64,000 bases of DNA from Pseudomonadota bacterium (GTDB taxonomy: Bacteria > Bdellovibrionota_G > JALEGL01 > DATDPG01), in the NCBI GenBank assembly GCA_043809315.1, contig JAZDDX010000010.1, positions 16,019-80,018 on the forward strand, in the 5' to 3' direction. Below the pieces are notes generated by a model. That model made no database searches and had not been told where the DNA came from. It saw nothing but the letters and a program-made list of their open reading frames with translations. Positions 8,658 to 18,786 of the stretch are shown one piece after another; positions within the stretch are counted from its first letter, which is position 1, and each line of letters opens with the position of its first letter. The translations under genes were made by a program, and so were the position numbers.

Positions 8658-9575
8658 ATGCCGTTCCAACCCAAACCGGAGTGGATCAAGGTGCGCGCCC
8701 CCGGCGGGTCGGTGACCAACCGGATCTCCACCCTCCTGCGCAAGCGGAACCTCCACACCGTCTGCGAGGAGGCGCTCTGCCCCAACATGGGAGCCTGCTG
8801 GAAGAGTGGAACCGCCACCCTTCTTCTGATGGGAGGGGTCTGCACCCGCGGGTGCCGCTTCTGCTCCATCCAAAGCGGCAAGCCGCTCCCCCTCGACCCC
8901 TCCGAACCAGAAAAAACGGCTGAGACTGTTAAACTCATGAACCTTCGGTACGTCGTCCTGACCTCGGTCGACCGCGACGACCTCGAAGATCAGGGTTCCA
9001 ATCACTTCGCCCGCGTCATCGAAACGATTCACGAACACTGCCCCGACGTTCTCGTCGAAGCACTGATCCCCGACTTCCAAGGACGCACGGACCTTCTCTC
9101 CCGAATCCTCACCGCCCGACCCGATGTCCTCGGCCACAACATCGAAACCGTCGAGCGATTGACCCCCACCGTGCGCGACCGCCGTTGCGGCTACCGGCAA
9201 TCACTCGACGTTCTCGCCGAGATGAAACGCCAGCGTCCGGAACAGTGGACCAAATCGTCCCTCATGTTGGGGCTTGGCGAGACCCGGGACGAGATCCGGA
9301 CCGCCTTCGCCGACCTTCTCTCGGTGGGGGTTGATTTCCTGACGTTGGGCCAGTATCTCCAGCCGACGAAGAAGCATCTCCCGGTCGTCGAGTTCGTCCG
9401 GCCGGAGAAGTTCGAAGAACTGCGCCGCGAGGGGGAAGAGATCGGGTTCCGATACGTCGCTTCGGCCCCTCTCGTCCGGAGTTCGTACAAAGCCGGGGAA
9501 TTTTTCATCGAGACCGTGGTACGAAACCATCCACGAAACGGAGGATCCGATGTCGTTCGAATTCAAGCTTCCTGA
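8658..9575 (+). CDS. lipA: Lipoyl synthase
   Basis: TVCEEALCPNMGAC, CTRGCRFC, TSVDRDDL, LVRSSY. Confidence 0.96.
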   Translation: MPFQPKPEWIKVRAPGGSVTNRISTLLRKRNLHTVCEEALCPNMGACWKSGTATLLLMGGVCTRGCRFCSIQSGKPLPLDPSEPEKTAETVKLMNLRYVVLTSVDRDDLEDQGSNHFARVIETIHEHCPDVLVEALIPDFQGRTDLLSRILTARPDVLGHNIETVERLTPTVRDRRCGYRQSLDVLAEMKRQRPEQWTKSSLMLGLGETRDEIRTAFADLLSVGVDFLTLGQYLQPTKKHLPVVEFVRPEKFEELRREGEEIGFRYVASAPLVRSSYKAGEFFIETVVRNHPRNGGSDVVRIQAS

Positions 9576-10722
9576 GATCGGTGAAGGGATTAAAGAGGGG
9601 GAAGTCGTCCGCTGGCTCGTCAAACGCGGCGACCGTGTCGCCGAAGACCAGCCGATCGTGGAAGTGTTGACCGACAAAGCGACGGTTGAGATCTCCTCCC
9701 CCAAGAGCGGGAAGATCGCGCAGCTCCTCGTGAAAGAAGGGGAGATGGTGAAGGTCGGAAAAGGGCTCGTGACGATCGAAGGCAACGGCTCCGGGAAAAC
9801 CGAATTTCAAACCACCCGCACACCGGGTGTCTCCCCTCCTCCTTCGAGCACCCTCCTCGCTTCCCCCGCCACGCGAAAGCTGGCGCGCGAGATGGGGGTC
9901 GACCTGCGCTCGATCCGCGGAAGCGGCCCGCAAGGACGGATCACGCAGAAAGATCTCGAAAAGACATCGCCCGTTCCGAATGTAACCGCCCCGGTGCCGA
10001 CGATCTCGAAAGGTGGCGAGGAACGCATTCCGTTGCGCGGCATCCGGAAACGGATTGCCGAGCACATGGTCCTTTCGAAGCGCACCGTCGCCGACTTCAC
10101 GCACGTCGATGAAGTCGACATGACCGAAGTCGTTTCGCTCCGGGAGTCGCTCAAATCGAAGGCGGAGGCGCGCGGAGTGAAACTCACCTACCTTCCTTTC
10201 GTCGTCCGCGCGGTCTCCCTCGCGCTCGATCCATTCTCCCGGCTCAATTCCTCTCTCGATGAGGACAAAGGGGAGATTGTCGTCAAACGGTACGTCAACA
10301 TCGGCTTTGCCGTGAACAATCGCGAGAATGATCTGGTCGTTCCGGTGATCAAGGGGGCCGATCAGAAATCGATCCTTCAGATCGCCGCCGAGATCTCTTC
10401 TTTGACGGAGAAAGCGCAGACGAACCAACTCACCCCTTCCGATCTCACGGGGGGAACGTTCACGATCACCAGCATCGGGAACATCGGCGGGCTCTTTGCG
10501 ACCCCGATCGTGAACTACCCGGAGGTAGCGATCTTGGGGTTCTACCGAATCACCGACCAGCCGGTCGTTCGGAACGGCCAGATCGTCATCCGGAAGATGG
10601 CGCATCTTTCCGTTACGATCGACCATCGGGTTGTCGACGGCGCGATGGCGGCCTCGTTCGTCGAGGCGGTCAAACGGAATCTCGAGGACCCCAAACTGCT
10701 CTTCAACTTGTTGGACGCGTAA
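9550..10722 (+). CDS. Dihydrolipoamide acyltransferase (E2)
   Basis: Single lipoyl domain (TDKAT), E3-binding ASPATRKLA, catalytic DHRVVDG. Confidence 0.94.
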   Translation: MSFEFKLPEIGEGIKEGEVVRWLVKRGDRVAEDQPIVEVLTDKATVEISSPKSGKIAQLLVKEGEMVKVGKGLVTIEGNGSGKTEFQTTRTPGVSPPPSSTLLASPATRKLAREMGVDLRSIRGSGPQGRITQKDLEKTSPVPNVTAPVPTISKGGEERIPLRGIRKRIAEHMVLSKRTVADFTHVDEVDMTEVVSLRESLKSKAEARGVKLTYLPFVVRAVSLALDPFSRLNSSLDEDKGEIVVKRYVNIGFAVNNRENDLVVPVIKGADQKSILQIAAEISSLTEKAQTNQLTPSDLTGGTFTITSIGNIGGLFATPIVNYPEVAILGFYRITDQPVVRNGQIVIRKMAHLSVTIDHRVVDGAMAASFVEAVKRNLEDPKLLFNLLDA

Positions 10723-10738
10723 GCGCAGGAGTTTCCAG

Positions 10739-12172
10739 ATGGCTTCCAAAGCGAAAAAAAAAGATGTCGTGGTGATCGGTGGCGGCCCGGGCGGATACGT
10801 CGCCGCGATCCGACTGGGGCAGCTCGGAAAATCGGTCGCCCTGATCGAGAAAGAGAGCCTCGGCGGGGTCTGCCTCAACTGGGGGTGCATCCCGTCCAAA
10901 GCGCTGATCCAGGCTGCAAAGCTGTATTCCGAGATCCGGGCCGCTTCCGACCTCGGGATCACCGTCAAAGGGGTGACCCTCGATCTCAAGAAAACGCAGG
11001 CCTGGAAGCAGGAGATCATCAAGAAGTTGACGGGTGGAATCGCCCAACTGGCGAAGGCGGCCGGTGTCGAGGTTCTCAAAGGGACAGCGGAGTTCGAGAC
11101 ACGGAATCGGATCGCCGTGAAGGGGAACGAGACCGACGCCGTCGAGTTCGACCACGCGATCGTCGCCGTCGGATCGAAGCCGATCGAGATTCCCGGCTTT
11201 GCGATCGACGGGAAGTCGGTGTTCGACTCCAAAGACGCCCTCGACTGGACTTCGGCTCCGAAAAAACTCCTGGTGATCGGCGGGGGGGTCATCGGCCTCG
11301 AGATCGGGATGTTGTTCCAAAAGTTCGGAAGCGACTTGACGGTCGTGGAGCTGACCGACCAGCTGGTGCCCGGCGTCGACAGAGAGATCGCCCAGGCGAT
11401 GGAGCGGGTCTGCCGGCAGAAAAAAATCGCCGTCCATCTCTCCTCGAAAGCGCTCGGGTATTTCAAGAAAAAGGGTGGGATCACGGTGGAGGTCCAGACG
11501 CCGAAGGGGAAGCAAGAGATCCCGTGCGACGCGATTCTACTCGCCGTCGGCCGCCGTCCGGACGGAACCGGTCTCGGGCTCGAAAAGATCGGAGTCGAGA
11601 TCGCGCAGGGGATGATTCCGGTAAACTCCAAGCTTCAAACGAACGTTCCGCATATCTATGCGATCGGGGACGTGGCCGGCCCCCCCCTTCTTGCCCATAA
11701 GGCTTCGAAGGAAGGGATCGTGGCGGCGGAAGCGATCGCCGGACATCCGGTCGAATACGACGTGAAGGCGATGCCGGCCGCGACCTTCACCGACCCGGAG
11801 ATCGCGACGGTCGGACTCACCGAATCGGAGGCGAAAGCAAAAGGGATCGAAGTGATCACCGGGAAGTTCCCGTTTGCCGCTTCGGGACGGGCGATGGCAG
11901 CCAAATCCACCGATGGATTCGTCAAGGTGGTCGCGGAGAAGACGACCAAGCTGCTCCTGGGCGTCCAGATCATCGGTCCTTTCGCATCTGACCTGATCGC
12001 CGAGGCGACGCTTGCGCTCGAGCTGGGGGCCACCGTCGAGGATCTCGCCCTTACCGTCCATGCCCATCCCACTTTTTCGGAAGCGGTCATGGAAGCGGCC
12101 GAGGGAGCCCTGGGACGGGCGATCCACATGCTCAACCGCTCCGCATCGCCTCGAGGGAAAGAAACGAAGTGA
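10739..12172 (+). CDS. lpdA: Dihydrolipoyl dehydrogenase (E3)
   Basis: GGGPGGY, GGVCLNWGCIPSK, HAHPTFSE. Confidence 0.96.
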   Translation: MASKAKKKDVVVIGGGPGGYVAAIRLGQLGKSVALIEKESLGGVCLNWGCIPSKALIQAAKLYSEIRAASDLGITVKGVTLDLKKTQAWKQEIIKKLTGGIAQLAKAAGVEVLKGTAEFETRNRIAVKGNETDAVEFDHAIVAVGSKPIEIPGFAIDGKSVFDSKDALDWTSAPKKLLVIGGGVIGLEIGMLFQKFGSDLTVVELTDQLVPGVDREIAQAMERVCRQKKIAVHLSSKALGYFKKKGGITVEVQTPKGKQEIPCDAILLAVGRRPDGTGLGLEKIGVEIAQGMIPVNSKLQTNVPHIYAIGDVAGPPLLAHKASKEGIVAAEAIAGHPVEYDVKAMPAATFTDPEIATVGLTESEAKAKGIEVITGKFPFAASGRAMAAKSTDGFVKVVAEKTTKLLLGVQIIGPFASDLIAEATLALELGATVEDLALTVHAHPTFSEAVMEAAEGALGRAIHMLNRSASPRGKETK

Positions 12173-13122
12173 ACGCCGCGCTCAAGCGGAAGATGTTCCA
12201 CTTAATGGCCAAGACTCGGGCGCTCGAAGAGCGCCTGCTCAAGATGGCGAAATCGGAAGACAGCCATTTCTGGATCGGAGGGCCCGGCGAGGAGGCGTTC
12301 CAGGTGGCCCTCGGTCTGCAGGTCAAGAAAGGACAGGGTCCCGAGTACGACTACCTCCACCTCCACTACCGGAGCGCCGGGGTGTTGGTCGCCATGGGAC
12401 TCGGCATGGCCGATGCGATCCGCCATGCCGCCGCGAAAGCAACCGATCCGTTCACCGGAGGACGCGTGTTCTTAAACCACTATGCGATTCCGAAGTGGAA
12501 CGTTCTTCCGATCACCTCTCCGGTCCAGATTCAATTTTCGATCGCCCCCGGAACGGCGCTGGCACAACTCCGCCACGGAGGGGACGCCGCGACGATCGTC
12601 GTCGGCGGGGAGAGCGGCACGGCGGAAGCCGATTTCGCCACCTGCCTCAACTGGGCCAGCATCGCAGGCCAAGAGCTTCCCATGCTCATGGTGATCACGA
12701 ACAACCAGTACGGGATCTCGACTCCGATTGGTGAGCTCCGGGAAGAGCGGGCGATCGTCCAGCGGGCCGCGACGTACGGGATTCACTGGGGGATCATCGA
12801 CGGGAATGACCCCGTGGGATCGTACGAGGCGCTTGAAAAAGCGTTCCAGCATGTCCGGAAGACGCGCAAGCCGATCTGTCTGGAGGCGTTCGTCTCGCGT
12901 CTCCACGGACACTCCTCCTCGTCCGACACGACGTTTGATACGAAACAGGTCGATTGTTTAGCGAAGTTTGAAAGCGAGCTTGAGCGAGAGAAGATCCTAA
13001 CGAAAAAGGAGTGTGCGGAGGTACGGAAGAAATACGAAGACGAGGCGTTCGAAGCTTTGAAGAAAGTGCGGGGAGAGCCGCAACCGGACCCGGCGACCGT
13101 GATGAACCACATTTTCGCCTAA
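12169..13122 (+). CDS. 2-oxoacid dehydrogenase E1 alpha (probably branched-chain)
   Basis: TPP motif GES...NNQYGIS and RLHGHSSS; sits in the E2/E3/E1beta cluster. Confidence 0.85.
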   Translation: MNAALKRKMFHLMAKTRALEERLLKMAKSEDSHFWIGGPGEEAFQVALGLQVKKGQGPEYDYLHLHYRSAGVLVAMGLGMADAIRHAAAKATDPFTGGRVFLNHYAIPKWNVLPITSPVQIQFSIAPGTALAQLRHGGDAATIVVGGESGTAEADFATCLNWASIAGQELPMLMVITNNQYGISTPIGELREERAIVQRAATYGIHWGIIDGNDPVGSYEALEKAFQHVRKTRKPICLEAFVSRLHGHSSSSDTTFDTKQVDCLAKFESELEREKILTKKECAEVRKKYEDEAFEALKKVRGEPQPDPATVMNHIFA

Positions 13123-13125
13123 CCG

Positions 13126-14181
13126 ATGGCCACTCTTGCACAAGCGATCCGCCTTGCTCTTCACGTCGGGGAGACCCGTCTGGGGGTCCAAGAGATCTTC
13201 GGGGAGGATGTCGGTCCGCCGCTCGGCGGAGTCTTCACCTGTACCCAGGGGTTGAAGACCGCCTGGAACACGCCGCTCGACGAACGAGGGATCGTCGGAA
13301 TGGCGCTCGGTCTTGCGCTGGCCGGGTCGCGCCCCGTCGCGGAGATCCAGTTTTCCGATTACATCTTCAACACGATCGATTTGATGAAGCTCGTCGGGAA
13401 CACCCGCTGGTGTTCCCATGGGGCGTTCGAGGTGCCTTTGGTCCTGATGACCCCCTGCGGAGGGGGGATCCATGGCGGCCCCTACCATTCGCACTCGTTC
13501 GAGGCGATGGCGACGCACATCCCGGGATGGAAGATCGTCCTTCCGTCCACCCCTCTCGATGCGTACGGTCTCATGATCTCCTCGATCAAGGACCCGAATC
13601 CGGTTCTCTTCCTGATCCCGAAGGCGCTTCTCCGAAGCCCGGGGGACGAGAAGATCCCGGGGGAGCCGGACGATCCGAAAGAGTTGGCCGTCATGATCAA
13701 CGCCCCGATCGGAGACCGGAGCCGGTGGAAACCGAAGTGGCCCAAACTTCCCGATTTCGAGATCTCGATCGGGCCGGCGAAGACAGTCCGCACCGGGGAG
13801 CATGTGACCGTCGTCACGTACGGCCGGATGGTCCAAGCCTGCACGAATGCCGCTGACCGAACGGCGGCCGATCGGGTGACCTGCGACGTGATCGATCTCC
13901 GGACGATCTTCCCGTACGACTTCGATGCGATCCGGGCGTCGGTGGAAAAGACCGGGAGGGTCCTTGTCGTCAACGAGGATACCGAGGTGACGAACTTCGG
14001 CGAACACCTGATCCGCCGGATCGTTGAGGAGTGTTTTTACAAACTGAAAGCCCCGCCCCGTCTTTTGGCCGGACTCAATACGCCGTGCGTGGCGATGGCT
14101 TGGAGCCTGGAACGGGCACAGATCCCGCAGCCGATCGATATCGAGAAAGCGATCCGAGAGATCGCCGGAATTGAACCGTAG
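13126..14181 (+). CDS. 2-oxoacid dehydrogenase E1 beta
   Basis: FGEDV..GGVF, NTPLDE.GI, EIQFSDY, HSHSFE, DLRTI.P. Confidence 0.92.
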   Translation: MATLAQAIRLALHVGETRLGVQEIFGEDVGPPLGGVFTCTQGLKTAWNTPLDERGIVGMALGLALAGSRPVAEIQFSDYIFNTIDLMKLVGNTRWCSHGAFEVPLVLMTPCGGGIHGGPYHSHSFEAMATHIPGWKIVLPSTPLDAYGLMISSIKDPNPVLFLIPKALLRSPGDEKIPGEPDDPKELAVMINAPIGDRSRWKPKWPKLPDFEISIGPAKTVRTGEHVTVVTYGRMVQACTNAADRTAADRVTCDVIDLRTIFPYDFDAIRASVEKTGRVLVVNEDTEVTNFGEHLIRRIVEECFYKLKAPPRLLAGLNTPCVAMAWSLERAQIPQPIDIEKAIREIAGIEP

Positions 14182-14205
14182 CCTCTTTCGCTCTAGACTC
14201 TGTTC
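14171..14205 (+). promoter_or_regulatory. sigma70-type promoter, leaderless
   Basis: TTGAAC-17-TAGACT-6nt-ATG(14206); no SD. Confidence 0.55.
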
Positions 14206-14559
14206 ATGATCGCATACCTTCTCCTGGGCGTTGCCGCCGGTGTCTTCGCGGGGTTCTTTGGTCTCGGCGGAGGAATCATTCTCGTCCCCGCCCTCTTCTG
14301 GCTCTTCCAGATGAGCCAACACCAAGCCCAAGGGATGTCGCTGGTCGCGCTCATTCTCCCGGTCGGGATTCTCGGCGCCTGGACCTACTACCGGGCGAAC
14401 CCGTTTCCGATCAAACCGGCCCTGATCCTGGCACTCGGTCTATTCATTGGCGCCTATTTCGGCGGCCTGCTGGCCCAACAGGTTCCCGAAAAGAACCTCC
14501 GGATCGCGTTCGGAGTTCTCCTAGTTGTCGTAGGTCTGAAAACGATCTGGGGAAGATGA
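14206..14559 (+). CDS. Half-size TauE/SafE (TSUP) family membrane protein
   Basis: AGFFGLGGGIILVP, QHQAQGMSL; 4 TM helices. Confidence 0.85.
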   Translation: MIAYLLLGVAAGVFAGFFGLGGGIILVPALFWLFQMSQHQAQGMSLVALILPVGILGAWTYYRANPFPIKPALILALGLFIGAYFGGLLAQQVPEKNLRIAFGVLLVVVGLKTIWGR

Positions 14560-14574
14560 GCGAACGATTCGACG

Positions 14575-14892
14575 CTACTTCTTGGTAATCCGCTCGGCGT
14601 TCCGGGCGTCGCGGACGAGATCGGGGTTCTTCGGGGCGAGCTCGGCGGCGCGTTTCAAATGCTCGACCGCCTCCCCCTGGCGAACGGTCCCCTGCAGGAA
14701 CTTCCCAAGGTGCGACGCCGCGATCGGGTCCTCCGGTTCCATCCCCCGGGCCCGACGAAGGATCTCCTCGGCCGACTTCACGTTCCGTTCCGGGTTCAGG
14801 TGGTAGGCCGCCCACCCGAGGTGCGCGACGTACGACGGCTTTCGCGTATCGATGTCGATCGCGTATTCGAAGAACTCGATCGCTTGTCCCAT
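14575..14892 (-). CDS. Short TPR protein, possibly the C-terminal remnant of a larger gene
   Basis: TPR-like helices (HLGWA.Y, HLGK, A.ELAP.N); GGAGG upstream. Confidence 0.6.
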   Translation of the reverse strand: MGQAIEFFEYAIDIDTRKPSYVAHLGWAAYHLNPERNVKSAEEILRRARGMEPEDPIAASHLGKFLQGTVRQGEAVEHLKRAAELAPKNPDLVRDARNAERITKK

Positions 14893-15000
14893 TCGTCACC
14901 TCCCCTTTGGAGACCTCGAGCTTCCCGGTTACACGGGTCCGAACCAACTCCCAGAGGAGTTGGGGAAACAGGGTCTGGGAGCAATCTCCCTTTATGTTTC
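14893..15000 (-). pseudogene. Possible DUF4388-like N-terminal fragment, out of frame with the TPR ORF
   Basis: Translates NIKGDCSQTLFPQLLWELVRTRVTGKLEVSKGEVT, resembling the start of DUF4388 domains. Confidence 0.4.
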
Positions 15001-15507
15001 TCAGGCTGGTTTCTGCAAGGCATCGACGCTGAAGGAGAACGTGCAATCGACGTCCTGCGTGGAGATCCGGCCGGTCATTCGTTCCTCTCCCGTCCCCTTA
15101 AAACTCGTCGCATCGGTAAAGTTGCCATTCAGATGAACCATCCGGAGGATATTGTCGGCTCCTTCCACGGTGACCACCGCCGCTCCGCCGACCTCGAACC
15201 GACTATCGATCTGAATCCCCCCTCGAAGCGTGACGGAGTCGAGCGACGCGAGCGTGAGCGCTCCGTCTTCCTGCGTGACGACGACATCGACTTGGCTGAC
15301 CTTCCCCACCACCGGCACGTCGAGTGCCGCGACGTTCGCGCACCCGGCCGACGTGATCGTCACTCGCACGGTATAGGTGGCCGTATAGCCGTTTCCCGCG
15401 GCATTTCCCGCCGGGATCGAAACGACATCCCCGAACTCGATCGTCCCTCCTCCGCAACTCAGAACGATCCCGAATAGCCCGAATGTCAACCAACGAAGAG
15501 TCTTCAT
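15001..15507 (-). CDS. Hypothetical lipoprotein, beta-strand rich
   Basis: Signal peptide with VLSC lipobox; upstream TTTACA-17-TACGGT-6nt-ATG. Confidence 0.7.
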   Translation of the reverse strand: MKTLRWLTFGLFGIVLSCGGGTIEFGDVVSIPAGNAAGNGYTATYTVRVTITSAGCANVAALDVPVVGKVSQVDVVVTQEDGALTLASLDSVTLRGGIQIDSRFEVGGAAVVTVEGADNILRMVHLNGNFTDATSFKGTGEERMTGRISTQDVDCTFSFSVDALQKPA

Positions 15508-15559
15508 GGGAAAACCGTAAATTTGGCGCGGCCCAATGTAAAGGAGATTAGGGACGCCC

Positions 15560-15982
15560 CTACTCGCCGATCATTTGGATCAGCAGCTCCCGTGTGCGGG
15601 AAGCGGTGTCAAAATCGATCACCACCAGCTGCTGCCAGCGTCCCAGGCTCGGCACTCCGTCGTTGAACGGCACGGTTACCGAATGTCCCTGCAGCTGTCC
15701 CCGGAGATGGCTGTGACCGTTCGTTTCCCCCGCATTGCGGACGTTGTGTTGTAAACCGCGATCACTCGGGATCATCCTCTCCCAGGCCGCGATCGTGTCC
15801 GCCCGAATCCCCGGTTCATCCTCGATGATCATCACGGAGGCGGTGGTGTGCTTCACGAAGACCGTGAAGATCCCCCACCTAAGTCCGCTTCCTGCCACGG
15901 TTTCCTGCACAAGCTTCGTGATGTTCACGATCTGCCCCGCCCCGGCCATTTCCAGCCTAAGCGGCACGCTCTTGACTGTCAT
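15560..15982 (-). CDS. yjbQ: YjbQ/UPF0047 family protein
   Basis: HTTAS...E.EP, NGHSHL, LGRWQ....DFD. Confidence 0.9.
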   Translation of the reverse strand: MTVKSVPLRLEMAGAGQIVNITKLVQETVAGSGLRWGIFTVFVKHTTASVMIIEDEPGIRADTIAAWERMIPSDRGLQHNVRNAGETNGHSHLRGQLQGHSVTVPFNDGVPSLGRWQQLVVIDFDTASRTRELLIQMIGE

Positions 15983-16857
15983 GCGACCCCCGTTCGAAGT
16001 CCGCGCAACATCCGCACCTCGTTGGCGGTGAGAACCCTTCCCCTCGCCTCCGCCAAGATCCCGTCGAACCGCCCCTCGGCCGCCATCTCCCGCAACGTCG
16101 AAACCACCGTTTCGCTCAGAATCCCCTCCTGCGTGAGTTCCGCGAGGTACGCGAACGCCTCCGACAGCGTCTCCTTTTGGCGGGTGTAATAGTCGCTGCC
16201 GCGTTGCCGGTTGTTGTACGCCTCGAACTGCTCACAGGCGACGAGGATCTCTCCAAGCTGCCGCACCCAGGGCTTCACGTTCGAGAGCTTCTCCGGGTAG
16301 TAGTAGTACAGCATCACGATTTCCATCCAGGGTTTCCATCGAATCCCCATCCGGGTGAGCTGTGGTCGAATCGATCGAAGACAGCGGCCGAGCCGCCCGG
16401 CGTACCCCAACCTCATCTCCACCTGCTCGCAGGCCCACTCGTCCATGACGATTCCCGCCGCCGCAAGTTCCGCCCCGTAGCGGACGATGAATGCTTCTGT
16501 CTCGTGTCCGTACGGCGTGTGCGGATGGACGGCCCGCCATTCCCTCGGACGCGTGGGGATTTCCCGTTCCCTCGCCCATGACCAGATCTCCCCGAAGAGC
16601 TTCCGGTCGAGACCGGCCCTTCCCAGGTCATGGAGGAGACATGCGATCTGAAAATGCGTCACCCGATCGGCATCGTGCCCGAGACGCAGAGCCACGTCGG
16701 CGCAAAGGCGAGCCGTTCGCAAGGCGTGAAAACGGTCGTAGCCGCGGATCATCTTCCCAGGCCGGCGCGGGTCGGGATAATCGTAGAGCTTCAGCAGCTG
16801 GCGAGCCAGCGGCTTGGGTATGAGAAGCGGTGTTTTTCGGTCGAATCGATGAGGCAT
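15979..16857 (-). CDS. HD-domain protein, degenerate HD-GYP-like
   Basis: HALRTA and LLHDLGR present; the later HHE and AD.FDA positions appear as YYY and CEQFEA. Confidence 0.7.
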   Translation of the reverse strand: MPHRFDRKTPLLIPKPLARQLLKLYDYPDPRRPGKMIRGYDRFHALRTARLCADVALRLGHDADRVTHFQIACLLHDLGRAGLDRKLFGEIWSWAREREIPTRPREWRAVHPHTPYGHETEAFIVRYGAELAAAGIVMDEWACEQVEMRLGYAGRLGRCLRSIRPQLTRMGIRWKPWMEIVMLYYYYPEKLSNVKPWVRQLGEILVACEQFEAYNNRQRGSDYYTRQKETLSEAFAYLAELTQEGILSETVVSTLREMAAEGRFDGILAEARGRVLTANEVRMLRGLRTGVA

Positions 16858-16878
16858 CCGAGCTTCCGGGGGGGGATT

Positions 16879-16907
16879 TGTCTATCATTGGCCGTGCGCC
16901 GTGTCAA
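16879..16907 (-). promoter_or_regulatory. sigma70-type promoter for the HD-yjbQ pair
   Basis: TTGACA-17-TAGACA with TG extension. Confidence 0.55.
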
Positions 16908-16962
16908 CCCACCCCTTTTTGCTGCCGCGAAACCCCCGAAAGCCGCTATCATCGGCCCCCCT

Positions 16963-18000
16963 ATGCCTACCGACGACATCATCGATCTTCGAAGCGATAC
17001 GGTCACGCGACCGACCCAAGCCATGTTCCGAGCCATGACGGAGGCAGAGCTCGGCGATGACGTTCTCGGAGACGATCCGACCGTGATTCGCCTGCAAGAG
17101 AAGGTTGCATCGCTTCTGGGAAAAGAGGCAGGGCTCTTCGTCCCTTCCGGGACAATGGCGAATCAGATCGCCATTCGGACACAGACCGAAGCCGGCGACG
17201 AGGTCATCATGGAGGCGAGCGCCCACCCGTTCCTCTTTGAGTCGGGTGCCTTGGGCGGGATCTGCGGCGTGCAGGCCAATCTTCTTCCCGGACGACGTGG
17301 GTTGTTGGAAGCGGCTCAAATCGAGGCTGCGATTCGCCCGCGTGCGGCTCATTTCCCTCCGAGCCGACTGATCCTCCTGGAGAACACGCACAACCAAGGG
17401 GGGGGCACGGTCTGGTCGCTGGAAAAGATCCGTGAGATCCGCGCCGTCGCCGACCGTCACGATCTCCGGATGCACATGGACGGCGCTCGATTGTGGAACG
17501 CCTGTATCGCGTCGGGACGGCCCCCCCGAGAGTTCGCCGAACCGTTCGACAGCGTCTCCGTATGCCTTTCCAAAGGGCTCGGCGCGCCGGTCGGATCGGT
17601 CGTCGCCGGATCTCGGAGTTTCATCGACCGAGCCCGCCGTTTCCGGAAGATGTTCGGAGGGGCCATGCGACAGTCAGGGATTCTGGCGGCCGCCGGGATC
17701 TATGCCCTCGATCATCACTACGAACGTCTCCGAGAGGATCACGAGAGCGCCCAACAATTTGCCCACGAGCTTGCGAAAATCCGAAAGATTCGGATCGATC
17801 CCCGGGAGGTGGAGACCAACCTGGTCTTCTTCGGCATCGAGGGACGAACACCCCAATGGGTGGAGCAGGAACTGAAGAGTCGGGGGGTTTGGCTCTTTGC
17901 GGAGCGCCCCGGGGACGTGCGCGCCGTCACCCATCTGGATGTCGATCGTGCAAAGATCGACCGAGCCCTCTCCATCATCGCCGAAGTCGCGGCCCGATGA
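16963..18000 (+). CDS. ltaE: Low-specificity L-threonine aldolase
   Basis: [42 protein letters not shown]. Confidence 0.94.
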   Translation: MPTDDIIDLRSDTVTRPTQAMFRAMTEAELGDDVLGDDPTVIRLQEKVASLLGKEAGLFVPSGTMANQIAIRTQTEAGDEVIMEASAHPFLFESGALGGICGVQANLLPGRRGLLEAAQIEAAIRPRAAHFPPSRLILLENTHNQGGGTVWSLEKIREIRAVADRHDLRMHMDGARLWNACIASGRPPREFAEPFDSVSVCLSKGLGAPVGSVVAGSRSFIDRARRFRKMFGGAMRQSGILAAAGIYALDHHYERLREDHESAQQFAHELAKIRKIRIDPREVETNLVFFGIEGRTPQWVEQELKSRGVWLFAERPGDVRAVTHLDVDRAKIDRALSIIAEVAAR

Positions 18001-18785
18001 CCAAGCTCAAGATGAAACTCGGCGAGCTTCTCGTCGAAGCGGGGCTGGCAAACCGTCGGGAGATCGACAACGCACTTCAGGCCCAGCTGATCTTCGGCGA
18101 CCGCCTGGGAACCAACCTGATCGAACTCGGAGTGATCGACGCCGACACGTTAGCCGGCTTTCTCTCCCGCCAGTTCGGCGTTCCGCGCGTGACGCGCGAG
18201 GAGTTCGAGGGAATTTCCGGTGAGATCATCTGCCTCATCCCCCATCCCGCCGCCGCGCGCCTTTGTCTCGTCCCCCTTCGTAAAGAGAACGGACGTCTCG
18301 TCGTCGCGATGCTCGACCCGGGGGAGCAGCGGATCCTCGACCGGATCGCCAAGAACGTCGGGATGCCGGTCGAACCGCGCGTCGCAACCGAATTGGAGAT
18401 CCGATATTACCTCGAGCAGTATTACAAGATCCCGCGGGAGGCGCGCCAGATCGCCCTGATGAGAGCGGGACTCGGACGCCGAGAGATGGGGGAGCCGTCG
18501 TTTCGGAATCTCGCCAAACATCTCGACCGTCATGGAACCGCTGCAGAGACAATTCGATTCTACTTCGACGAGATCCGTTCCCTCGATCGGATCCCGGTTC
18601 GGAACACGGCGCACGACTTACGAAAATACGACCTCACCCCTGAGCTGACGTTCGTCCTCCATCACATTGACGGTTATTCGAGCCTCCGGGAAATCCTGAT
18701 GGCGAGTGTCTTCTCCCGAATTGCCACGCTCCAGGCGATCGTGTACTTCGCCAAGATCGCTCTCGTCCGTTTCGAGGAGGTATGA
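17997..18785 (+). CDS. Stand-alone MshEN (T2SSE_N) domain protein without ATPase
   Basis: [11 protein letters not shown]...ALQAQ plus [12 protein letters not shown]...[12 protein letters not shown]; no Walker motifs. Confidence 0.82.
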   Translation: MTKLKMKLGELLVEAGLANRREIDNALQAQLIFGDRLGTNLIELGVIDADTLAGFLSRQFGVPRVTREEFEGISGEIICLIPHPAAARLCLVPLRKENGRLVVAMLDPGEQRILDRIAKNVGMPVEPRVATELEIRYYLEQYYKIPREARQIALMRAGLGRREMGEPSFRNLAKHLDRHGTAAETIRFYFDEIRSLDRIPVRNTAHDLRKYDLTPELTFVLHHIDGYSSLREILMASVFSRIATLQAIVYFAKIALVRFEEV

Positions 18786-18786
18786 A

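Noticed and set aside
9505-11631. Long antisense ORFs (708 aa here; also 27727-29712 and others)
   Set aside because: Shadows of well-supported genes with no recognisable motifs
12601-12636. GES instead of GDG in the E1 alpha TPP motif
   Set aside because: Glu variants occur in active branched-chain E1 enzymes, and the NN and His motifs are intact
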